Below the pieces are notes generated by a model. The model saw nothing but the letters and a program-made list of their open reading frames with translations, searched no databases and was not told the DNA's origin. DNA of 64,000 bases from Gordius albopunctatus (Eukaryota): positions 18,228,001 through 18,292,000 of the forward strand of contig OZ193909.1 of NCBI GenBank assembly GCA_964276515.1, written 5' to 3'. Positions 37,934-50,200 of the stretch are shown piece by piece (position 1 is the first letter of the stretch; each line of letters begins with the position of its first letter). The translations under genes and the position numbers were made by a program.

Positions 37934-40685
37934 TTGTTCCAATTTATCTTCGATACGGGCGCTACGGTTTCGATATTACCGGCGCGAAGATGGGGGAACG
38001 AGATCCCAAGCAACAAAGAGGCCGTCCCGACGGTGTACGCGTACGGCCACGGGGAAATAAAGATCGTAGCCGAGGTAAAAGCCGATGTCCGATTGGGTAA
38101 CACGAGGAAACAGCTGTCATTATTGCTAGCAGAGTAGCGGGGCCGCCGCTATGCGGGATCGATTGGATACAAGAATTTGAGCCGGAATCTGGCGTCAAAT
38201 ACGTTGGAACTCGAGAGCTGCGGCGTAACGGTTCCCGGTCAATTACGTAGAAAGACCGAAGGATACCAAGAACGCGATCCAGCACGTGATGAAGCAATGG
38301 GATGGCCAGCTAAACGAATTCCCGCAAGCAGTCAAGGAAATAACGGTGGAAGTACCGTCAAAAGAGGGCATAGATCCCGTATTTATCCCCTCACGAAGGA
38401 TGCCGACGGCGTGGAAGAAAGAAGTAGAAGAAGAGCTGAATAAATGGGTCAGAGACGGGGTGATAGAACCAATCGATTTCTCAAGATGGGCCAGTCCAGT
38501 GGTACCCGTCAAAAAAAGCGATGGGACTCTGCGATTATGTATAGACTACCGGTTTACGATAAATAAATACGCACAAGGTTTGTTGTACTCCTTACCAAAA
38601 ATCGACGATTTGTTAAATAAATTCGAGAACGCGTGTTATTTTACTAAGCTGGACCTAACTAAAGCGTACCTACAGCTTGAATTGGGTCCAGAGACGAAAC
38701 AACGATTGACTATCTCCACACACAAGGGCTTATTTAAAGTTAACCGGATGCCTTTTGGCTTAAATTGTGCTGCGGAAAAAACAATGGATCAAATATTAGG
38801 AGGCATGGAGGGGGTAGCGGTATATATCGACGATATACTAATTGCAGGGGAAACGGAAGAAATCCACAACGAGCGGTTACTCAAAGTACTAGAAACGTTA
38901 CAAAAGTTGGGGTTCGTGCCAAACATTTCCAAGAGCATCTTGTGGGCTAAGTAAGTAACATTTTTGGGATACGTAATAAGTAACAAGGGGATTCAAATCA
39001 GCGACAATAAAGCCGAACTAGTCAAGCAGTGGAAAAATTTAACGGACAAAAATGAAATAAAATCCTTCCTTGGGTTAACAGCATATTTTTCAAAGTTTAT
39101 TAAGGACTACGCCAAAATCGTGCACCCCATTCAGAAACTCATAAAAAAACGTGATGTACCACTAGGGTGGAGAACAACAAGGTGCATTTGAAGCCATCAA
39201 GTCAGCGGTTACGAAAGCCCCCGCACTGGCATACTTTAATGGAGATTGGGAGACTGGCCTGGTCGTAGACGCCTCTGGTACAGGGTTAGGGGCCATTTTA
39301 CAGCAACGAGCACCAGGGGAGAATTGGAGAGTGGTGGCCTATGCTTCAAGAGCGTTAAACGATAGCAAAAGCCGATATTCGACGATCGGACGAGGGGCAC
39401 TTGCGGTGGTTTATGGACTAAAAAAGTTCAATGAATATATACAACGACGAAACATTATTATTATGACGGATCATAGACCGCTAGTATATATATTTGATCA
39501 GAGCAAAAGGGGCAAGGAACAATGGTCACCACGTCTAACTAGGTGGGCACTCGTGTTTTCAGGCTACACGACCAAGTTTAAGTACAACAAGGGATCCGAA
39601 AACGCGGCAGATTTCTTGTCAAAAAAACCGAACGAACACGCGTATCAGGTTAGCGAGGAAATGCCAGAAGACTCGATAAATTCATTTATATCATTGGAAG
39701 TAGTAAGACAAATTACCTTGGATGATCTGGGGCTACGTCAGTTAAAAGAGTGGATTAGAGGTAAACAAAACACAATGGTCACTTATGGCCTAAAACGCTC
39801 CTACCAAAAACACCTGCCAAAGTTACATGAAGCCAAAAACATAATATTTTAAAAAGGGCGACGAATTTTGATTCCGGCTAAGTTAAGAGCAGCGGTACTC
39901 CAAAGACTACATAGGGGCCACGTGGGTATCAAGCAAATGCAAGAAGTGGCGTGACAGTATATATGGTGGCCTACTCTCGACGATGACTTATTGAGCGTAG
40001 CGAAAGGGTGCCGGAATTGCAATTACACTGCTGTGGCGGCGAAGAAGGCACCGTTGATAGAGTGTAAACCTAGCCATAGACCGTGGGTTCAAGTACATAT
40101 CGATATCATGGGTCCTCTCAAGGGTAAGTCATACCTCGTGATGGTGGACAATAGCTCAAAATGGGTAGAGGTGTTTAAATTAGAAGACACCACAGTCACC
40201 ACCATTATAGAAAAACTTGCCGAAACTTTTGCTAGATTTGGAAATCTACCATGGTTAATATCAGATAACGGCCCGCAATTCAAAGGGCAGGAATCACAGA
40301 ATTTTCGCAAGATGAGAGGGATTAATCAGCGATGGACAGCTCCGTACCATCCTGCGTCTAACGGTCTGGCAGAAAGGTATGTACGATTAATTAAAGAAGT
40401 CATTATTAGAAACGAGTCGGAAGTAAAGCTAAGTAGATTTTTTGAAACTACAGATCTACAAAACACCTCACAACCAATAAAAGCCCAGCAGAGGTGATGA
40501 TAAAAAGGCATATGCGAACCGAATGGGAGGTATTGAGGAAAACCGTACCACAACAATGGTTAGAGACCGGGAACGCGCGGATGTCTAACGTAGGAGACTT
40601 GGTTTGGGTACGCATGTTTTTGGGACAAAGCAAATGGGTAGAAGGCACGATAAAAGCCAAGCACCGTAGTCGTTCCTACGATGTC
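37934..40685 (+). pseudogene. Gypsy/Ty3 (probably Mag-like) pol remnant: PR-RT-RNaseH-IN
   Basis: FDTGA, WASPVVPVKK..LRLCIDY, YIDD, VDAS, TDHRPL, HIDIMGP, SDNGPQF, YHPASNGLAER; many frameshifts and stops; no gag or LTR seen. Confidence 0.92.
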
Positions 40686-41513
40686 GGGCCGGGTCTAATT
40701 TATAAATTATAGGCCCGACCCGGAATAATTTAGAAGAGCATAAGTAGTTTTTTATTCTGTTTATAACAATCTATAAAACTTCTGTTGTGGTTGCTAGTTT
40801 TTTAGGGCTATTTGAATGAGCTTAGTTATTGTTTTAGCCGTGGTTAAGTAGTTAAATCACTTAACATTCACGCGCCTATGCTAATGAAATAGCGTTTTGT
40901 ATCTTGCCCACTAATGGGGAGAATAATTAGCGTGTGAATAAATGGTAATGTATGTTGGTTATGTGAATAGACGTGCACTAGTTAGAAGCAGACGTCGAGC
41001 GGTCGGCAGCTCTCATTCAAATTGAGAGCCGCATCGACTGTGATAAAAGGCTGGATTGTACACTGTGTTTTAATCATATATTGTTTTCTGCTCTCTGTGT
41101 AGTAACAGCGATTATCAACAGAGAAAAAGAAGTCCCTTGATCCAATACCGCCACCGACTCGTAGACGTCACCATTTCTAGTCGATTAAGTTCACGGATAA
41201 TTACTCACGGCCTTCGTCCAACTTATATTTCATTATTACCTGTTCAATATTTTATTTATTGGGATTATAACACACATTCGTCCAATATTGTTGATACTAT
41301 TACTGGCACTAATAAAAGATTGTCGCATCTGGTTATTTCAATTCTTCAAAAATTAAATACAAGTTATTGAATCTGTTAAACACTCATTTATTGATTTCAC
41401 GCTTGTCCTAATATACAAACAATTAAGTATGGAAAAAAATCGACTGCTTATAGCTGAAAATATTCAGAAGAATTTTATAAAGTAAAAGAAAATCATAGAG
41501 AAACAAAAAACCG

Positions 41514-41930
41514 GGCTATCTCTCCCAATTGGAGCCTAATGGTTTTTGCCTTAGCGACGAGAAGAGACCTGATGGACAGACCCTCATCCCATGGGCAAAA
41601 GGGCTATGCCTAGCTTGGGAATAAACTTGTCCGGATGTCTTTGCTCCCTCAAACTAAAACAAAGACCCCCTTGATGATTCTGAAAGATTAAAGTCCGCTA
41701 AATACTCAGAAATTAATTCCTCACTGCTTTTCTTCCCTATAGTGACCACTACCCTAACAACAATAGGTCCTAAAACCCAAGCCCTTCTGAAAGAATTGGG
41801 ACGCCGTATAGCAGCCAATACCCTGACAATAGGGAAACTTTTTTCATCAAACAGAAAATTGGAATCATTATTTGTCATTTCAACGGTATCGCAATTTTCG
41901 AATGTTTACCTCGCATATGATTTTTTTTAG
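41514..41930 (+). pseudogene. 3' fragment of an RLE-type (CRE-like) non-LTR retrotransposon
   Basis: LEPNG...KRPDGQTLIPWAKG..LAWE*TC.D...E..K..KY...FFP....GP....LKELGRRI, with stops. Confidence 0.75.
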
Positions 41931-41952
41931 TTGTTTATAGTTTCATTTAATA

Positions 41953-44359
41953 CTCAACCGAGCCAGAAATACCTTGTAGTGGTGGTTGAGCTTGTGTACT
42001 CTCGTGATCCAAGAAGCTATACTTTTGATAGCCAAACACAATTTTTATGTTTGTTACTGGTGGGGTCACCTTATTGGCAAGGTTCTTAGTGAAGGGTCAG
42101 ACTAAAATTTCTGGGCTTTTTGAGGGAGTACTTTGTGAAATTGAAGTGCTAGATTAAGCCTATCAATACGAGTGGTCGAAAGAAAAGTTTAATTCACCAA
42201 AATGGCTGCATCCTAAAGAATAGTAGGTAGTCAAGCGCCAAAATCTAACATAGTTCCGTCAGGCTTGGAAGGCCGGGATATCAATACTCCCTGATTCCAT
42301 ATAAACCAAAATGTATACTACAACAAAGACGCAGAATGAAAACCATAGGGCGTCCCCCTTAAGCGACGCGCGCATTCTTCGCCTGGAATGTGTGGGAAAT
42401 AAACGAAGGCTACAGCTCTCTCAACAAACGGAAGCGGTTAAAGACATTAGTTTGCGTAGGATAAAGTTTGGGTCATGGAATATTGGTACAATGACTAGCA
42501 AGAGCAGAGAATTGGCAGACGTTCTAAGGAGGAGAAAAACCGATATCGCGTGTATACAAGAGACCAAATGGAAGGGCCAAAAAGCAAAATACATAGGGGA
42601 CGGATACAAATTATATTTTTATGGTACAGAAACTCACCGAAATGCCGTCGGTATAGTGCTATTGGAAGAATTTCAGCAAACTGTCGCCGACGTTAAGAGA
42701 TTCAATGACAGAATTATGGCGATACAGCTTTGTTATAAATATACTACGATAAACGTTATATCAGCATACTCCCCTCAAAGTGGATGCTCTCAGACGGAAA
42801 AAGAGTGTTTTTGGAAGGAGCTTGAAGATGTTCTATCCCGATTCGGTAAAGAGGGAGGACACGTGGGCAAATCAAGGGGACGATTCGAAAGAAATCATGG
42901 TGGTCGGGGTTACGGCCTAAGAAATGAAGGAGGTGCGGAAATTCTAGAAATTGCTCAAGCTTTTGACCTAGCAATAGGAAATACCTTCTTCAAAAAGAGA
43001 CAGGAACATCTTATAACGTACAAAAGCGGCAGCCGTACCACTCAGATAGATTTCTTTCTAGTCAACAGAGCGCACTTAAAGTATGTTCAAAATGTTAAGG
43101 TAATACCGAGTGAAATATTGGCCTGCCAACACAAGCTGTTGGTGATGGACTTTATATTAAAGGGCCTTAAAGGGCAAAAAGTTCAAAGAGTAGCCGCTAC
43201 TATACAATGGAGGAAACTAAAGGATAATATTCAACATTTTCAGGAACAAGTAATTAAACTTGCTGAATTTAAGGACATGTGTTTCATCGATCTTGAAAAA
43301 GCTTTTGATAAAGTACCTCGTAATTTAGTTTGGAAATGTCTTGAAGAAAACAATGTGCCACAAGTATACGTCAGAGCAATAAAAGATATGTACAAGGGAA
43401 ATAGAACGTACGTTAGAACAACGGTGGGGACTACAAAAGGCTTTGCCATCAACACTGGAGCTCATCAAGGTTCAGCTCTTAGTCCCTTCCTATTCATAAT
43501 GATAATGGATAATATTACGAAGGATTTGGGCGAGGAAGCTCCTTGGGCAATGATCTTTGCAGACGATATAATCCTCTGTGCCAAAAGCGAACAAGAATTG
43601 GCTAACACTGTAAATAGATGGGTAAATGCAATAGAAGAAAGTGGTCTCAGGGTAAATAGAAAGAAAACAGAATACATGAGGAAAAATTTTAAATCGGATG
43701 AAAACCAGCAAAGTGCATCCCTTAGTTTAGGCGATTGGCAACTTACAAGCGTGGATTCCTTCAAATATTTAGGATCAACACTTCAATCGGATAGTGGAAT
43801 GGATAAAGAAATCCAAGCAAGGATAAATTCCGGATGGCTCAAGTGGAGGGACCTGACAGGTGTTCTGTGTGACAAAAACATCCCGAGAAAACTAAAAGGC
43901 GCACTGTATAAATCCATCATACAGCCAACAGTCCTGTATAGCTCGGAATCATGGGCTATACGTAAAAGAGAAGAGCAACGTCTTGCAGCCATGGAGATGA
44001 GAATGCTAAGATGGGTGCTAGGAGTAAGCAAAAAGGACCATAGGCGAAATGAAGAAATAAGAAGAATTTTGGGTACTACATCAATTTCGACAAAGCTCCT
44101 AACAAATAGACTAAGATGGTATGGCCATGTCAAAAGAAGGGACACGTAGGAAAGAAAATCGAGATGATAAATTTCGCAGGAAAACGAAAAAGAGGAAGAC
44201 CCAAGCTAACCTGGATTCATAAAATACGGCATGATATGAAAGTCCACAAGATAAAGAAAGATCTATGTAAACATAGAAACAAATGGAAACGAATGCTGAA
44301 AGGACTGACCACCAGCCTAGTTGACAAGCAGTCATAAAGAGAAGAACAAGAAGAAGAAG
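41953..44359 (+). mobile_element. RTE non-LTR retrotransposon, 5'-complete but internally deleted
   Basis: 14-bp TSD agtttcatttaata, (GAA)n tail, ORF 42311-44149 with APE and RT motifs (IDLEKAFD, QGSALSP, FADD). Confidence 0.92.
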
Positions 44360-45138
44360 AGTTTCATTTAATAAAAAATTTTATTACAAAAAAAAGTATG
44401 GAGATTATAAGAAAATAGATTTTGTTTTCTGTAAGATTTGCAAGAATGTTTCCTATAATTTCTGCTCATCAGGTAAATATTTATGTTAGTTTTGATAATG
44501 CTTAATATGTAGCACTCATCTTCAAAAGAATAAATGCTATAAAGAAGTCCAGGAAACAAAAAATTAGACAATTACCTATGCAAGCCACTCTAAACAAAAT
44601 TTACGAGCCAATCAAAAAATATCTCATATCCTCAATATCCCATTTTTGTGGAATGGATCTGGCATGAAACATCTTCTATGAAGAAAGATGTAGAGGAAAA
44701 TGAAGTTGACACCAACACAAAGTTAAAATCAACGAAATAAAATAGAATTATAAGATTGGTGGAAAGACCACAGTAGTCATTTTCAGCGCTTAGCCCTCTT
44801 GTTTGTAAGATTTTTTCGACACATGCTTTTGCCTCGAGTGAGAGGTGTTTTTCGTCACCTCAGCGGGCCGCATTTATGAAGAGCGGAGAACAAATTTAAA
44901 CACGGAAATTTTTGATGCCTGTTTTTTTGCATCAAAATAGTTTTATTATCGATTTATAATTTTTTTATGTGCGTTTTATTATTTGATAAAAAATTTTACC
45001 AAAATTAAGTTTGATTAAGTTTCTGCAATTTACTAAAATTCCGGGTCGGGCTCGGGCGGGGCCTGGGCCTTGTTTTTAAAGATGCTAAAAATTGGCCCCG
45101 GGCCGGGCCTGAATTTTTATTGATTTTGCAGGTATCTA

Positions 45139-45355
45139 ATCTTGACCGGGTAGTGCCATGTCATTATTAATCTCTTTTGTTTTTATAACTTTCCCGACTT
45201 GCCCTTTCCACGTGCACGAGGTCGTCTTATTTCTCTTCCCAGGTACCTCCATGACCAGTAATTTTAGATTTACATCATTCTTCTCCCTTCTTGGTATATG
45301 ACCATACCACCTTGGCCGATTTTTGTTAATTATGTCTGTCATAGGTTGAATAACC
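45139..45355 (-). mobile_element. RTE 3' fragment
   Basis: IQPMTDIINKNRPRWYGHI; similar to 30736-30945. Confidence 0.8.
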
Positions 45356-47220
45356 GTTCTTATAAAAAGAAAGGTAGGGTCAATGCACGACAAACACAAA
45401 TCAATTAAAACTTTATGCAACGCAAAATTTAGTTGTATTAGACATTTTAAATATATAAAAATTGGTTTGATTAGCTTTTGTTGCAATTCCTTGTTGAATA
45501 TCATCAAAAAATGAAACCACCTATTAATAATTTTAATTTGTATAGGTAATTTATGAAGTAGAGAAAATAAAGGCCAATATATCGGGCCACAAAGATCCCT
45601 ATTTAGTAAAAAAGCGGAGGAGATATACAACGTAATAGATTAGATATAATGTGAGTTGACTGTATGGACATGATGGTAATTATAGGTTGATGATAAAAGC
45701 TATTTGCAATAGAAACTGGTTACAGTGTAGAATTGAACGGGATGACCGTCCACTACAGAGCGCGGTACAAAAAAATAAAGGCCCTTTCCAATTAAGAATT
45801 GCATGGAATATATAATTTCCACCGGCGAATGTGTAGGTACCGAGCCCTTCATAGGTTGAGACTAAGTTGAAGGGCCGATTTTATTTACGTAAATTTTTCA
45901 TTAAGCTTTGGATATTCTATAATTAATCCTTCCTCCATAAATCCCGATAATTTTCACGCATTTGAGCCTTCATCTAACCTGTATTTAAACTGTAAAAGTA
46001 TGACCTAGGAGCTTTATCCTTTACAGTTTTAATATTATCTTTATGCAAATTAAAATTATAAATAGTTTATTATATAAATGAACAAATTAAAAGTGTTTAT
46101 GCTTATTAAGGGTGTCCGGTTACATTATTTCCTTGAATTTAGGATACAATGTTTATTGACCTTTATTGAAAGGAAATCGTTAGATGTATTAAATTCATAC
46201 ATACAAACAATCTTTTTCACACGATTCCATATTAAATGTATATATATTATAAATTTGATTGTATAAAACGCTTATAAAATATTCTTCATTTGCGAAACAT
46301 TCAGAAAAGTTATAAATTTTTTTGATAGACAATGTATATAAAATTGATTATCTATTTTCTAAGTCTATTAAAGTTTGTTCTATCGTTAGATGAGAAGTTG
46401 TCACGATTATAATTTTAAAATAATTATTTAAATCAATAAGTAGTTTATATACGGGTCAGGGAGTTCAAACAAGCTTGATCAACACATATGATAATGCCCC
46501 CTCTCTGTGAATTTGAAACACATACCATATTGACATTTCTAGGGCGTTTGCTTAATCTTAAAACTTGACATCTTTCATCTATATTATAAATGTATGGTTT
46601 AATCTTTTTTTAAAATAATCTAAATACCTTTCATCCCTATGAAGTATCTATTGGATTCATCATAAGTGTAGAATTGATTGGGTAGTACAGATCGACAACT
46701 CTATAATTAATGGAGGTATAAAAATTTTAATCTGAGCATCAGCAGGAGTATATAGTTTTAGTAAAATGATAAAGGGCCTATTATAAAACTTATTTGATGA
46801 TATATCTGAAAAAACGATTGTATCTAACGTATATTTATTTGTTCTTTGGTGTTTATTTCACCAATGCAAGATACAGCAATTTATTCCAGACAACAACGAT
46901 TTTATTTCTTGTAGGAGTAAAAATGTTTCACGAGTAAAAATTACACGACTCCCCCATAATTGTGTACACATTGCGTTTATATATTAGATAAAATACATAA
47001 TCATTATTATTGGAAAAATCGATAATATTCTTGGAAGATTTAATTAATCGATGCGCTTCCATGAAGGATGATTATCATTCTGGGAAGACTTAAATATCTC
47101 TATGATCTTCTGAGAAGATCATAATAAATCGATAAGTTCCAACTGTCAATCGACGTCATAGCGTGCGATCTTCTAGGAAAAGAAATTCAAATGTGTGATT
47201 ACTTATTTCTGCTGATGTCA

Positions 47221-50200
47221 CTACAGTTCCTTGTAACAACATAACTATTGGCAATAATTGCAAAATACACAAATTTTAATAAAGTTTATTTTAACAAAAG
47301 GCTGGACTTACCATCATATTGGCGCATGTGTCAACGTCCACCGAGCTACATAAAACATAAATAATAAGAAATTTAAGAGAAAAAACGGATAAAAATTTAT
47401 TATTAACAAAATAAAATTGACATTTGCAAAGAGAGAAGCATAAGACACACGAGTTGTCTTACCTAAGTTGCAGGTTCAAATTTAATCCGTTTGATAAGCA
47501 GTACGGTAAACACCGTTTGTGAGTATTTGAAAAACTGGTAGTATGGCTACCTATTAATTTGTTTGAGGAAGTAGCGATATTTTTATGGTTGTAGGGGGAA
47601 GAATGTAAATTCTGAGTTGTTAGTTGATCAAAGGTCTCCCAGTGCAAGCATTTTGATTGATAGCACATCTAAGCCATTAATAATAGATTTGATGGATAAA
47701 AACATATTTATTAAACATTCAATTTGTTAGATAGGATTTATTAGTCATAAAACTTTACCTTATCTTTACCGCAGATGGTACCATTAGGCGCTGGACCTTT
47801 GTCTGATTCAGGAAAGCTACTCACGTCAGGGTTATAGCATAGCAATGTTTTACACATATGCTCATTTGGCTATAAAAATGTAATATTATAATTAATAAGG
47901 ATGCCTTTTATATGGTTAACGATAGTCTTTATTAAATAAAAGTAACGATGTTTCAAAAGTTCAAAGGTTGACTTTTACTAGAACCCCTTCTGCAAAACAA
48001 CCGAATATGATTACAAAGCAAATAGCAATTAGGTCTAGAAAATAATTCAAGTTATTCAATGATTTGTGTCTGATTTGACTATAAATTTGACTTGATATTG
48101 CATTTCCATAAGCTAATATCTCAATTTGCTTAAAACTCAAAATAAGCATAAAATTGCATATCACCTGCCATGGGCGTAGGCAGGGGGGGGCAGGGGGGGG
48201 CGGCCGCCCCCCCCTGAATGAGAATTTTTCTATTTTTTAATGTAAATTTATGTAAAAATTGGAAAAAATTAGTGTTTCGCCCCCCCCTGATTGAAATTAA
48301 GTTTTATGTTGAAAATTTTATTTGACGACCTTTTGACGCAAATTTAAATTATATAAGAATTAAATATTGAGATTAGTAGTTGCGTTTGTGTTAGTTCCTT
48401 CATACATCGTTTACATATCCTCTGTACACTGTACTGTTGATTAATAATGAGTTTTTATGTGGGTTGAGGCCAAAGAATAGCAAAATATTTTAATTACTAA
48501 CGTAAATACCAAAAAATGTCTTGGCGGCGACCTTTTTTTTTTTTTTTTTTTTTTTTGCTCTCACTTAGTCTCGGCGATTTTTTTTGCTCGCCCCCCCCCT
48601 GATCCGAAAGCTGGCTACGCCCATGTCACCTGCCGAGAATAGCTTCGATAATCGGATCCAAAACGGATTTGGCACGCTGTATCTGGATGTAAGTTGTAAT
48701 AGTTTTCATACAAAGAAGCATCCACTTTGGGAGTATCTTCAAGTCTATAAGCATTCCTGTAATTGCGGCTATAACGATAGTTGCGATATGGATCTACGCT
48801 GTTTAAGACATCATCCTTTCTCATCAAACATTGTACTTTGTATCTAATAAATTATATTTATTAAGCCTTTATACGGGCTAAACATGTACAAACCTATGAA
48901 TGAAATGATAAATCTTATCAACATGGCCGTAGAAAATTTTAAAATATTGAATATAATTATGGCTTAAATTGCAAAAAATCCTCATTTCGCCCCTCCCTGA
49001 AGCATTATTGCCCCACCCCTCTAGTTCCAATCCAGGTTACGCCCATGCTCATGTTGCCCAGTATCAAACACAAGCCTATAAGGGTTGCAATGTGTAAAAG
49101 ACTATAATAGGGCAATGCCATAAAGAAACTATTGGGTAGACAACCTACAACTACGGGTTAAAATTTTTAAAATTCTTTTGGGCCGGGTTCGGGTTGAAAA
49201 TTTTTAAACTCGGGTTGGGTCCGGGTCGGGTTGAAGGTTATGAATTCTATATTGCATAATAGACGTATCGTTCAAATTAATGCCATTATATATTTTATAA
49301 TTAATATCGGAATATATGATTAATTTATCTCATACATTCATAAATTTCTTTTAAGTTATATTTGAATTTTGGATTTGGGCAATTTAAAACTCAGAAAGGT
49401 AGAATATCTTCATTGATGCTATAAATTATAATAAATAATATAATTCATATCGCAAAACTTATTAACGATTTTGTCAACTTCCATTTTTCTTTTTTAAATA
49501 TTAATGCTCAACTTGCTTTACCGTCTATAATATAGACGAGAATAAAATAAAATAATCATGATTATTTATTAAGCGAATGATTAAAATGTATAAAAAACAT
49601 GATTTAAAAAATTAAAGTGTTTGAAAAAAGATCAATTTTCTCCTTTCATTTCCGCACAAATGCCACAACCATTATTAGCCTTAAAATCAAAATTGCTTGA
49701 TAATAAAGACAGACTTATTTAAATTTAGCAAAAGTTTAAGAATATCTGCATTTTTTATGGTGCCTACTGAAAATGAATGGCTTGTTAAGTGCCATACTTT
49801 GGGTGAAATATACTAAAAAATTTTCTGAATTAGGATCTACTTTTTTCTAATGCTTTCACTTCTGGCAAACATGTTTTAAAATGTTCTTAAATCTGGTGTT
49901 GTTTTCTTAGATAACATTTTATCGCCATTTAAAACCATAAAAATCAATTTTACACCAATCACTTTTTTTACTTTCGGATCGGGTCGGGTTTAGCTTAAAA
50001 CGCTTTCGGGTCGGATCGGGTTCAAAAAATTTAAAAGCTTTCGGGTCGTGTCGGGTTGAAAAAAGTGACTTTGCAGGACTCTACCTACAACTAACAGCCG
50101 TTTTGCCATATATTCCAAGTAAAGTATGTGAACTATGCTAAACTTCAGCCAGACACCGCTCAAATTAGGCAATATTATCTAATAATGTGCTGTAATAAAT

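Larger units (their letters stand above)
40683..45138. mobile_element. hAT-like non-autonomous element (left terminus lost) hosting LINE insertions
   Basis: Inverted GGGCCGGG/CCCGACCCGG subterminal blocks at 40683-40730 and 45040-45110; right terminus GCAGGTATCTA. Confidence 0.5.
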
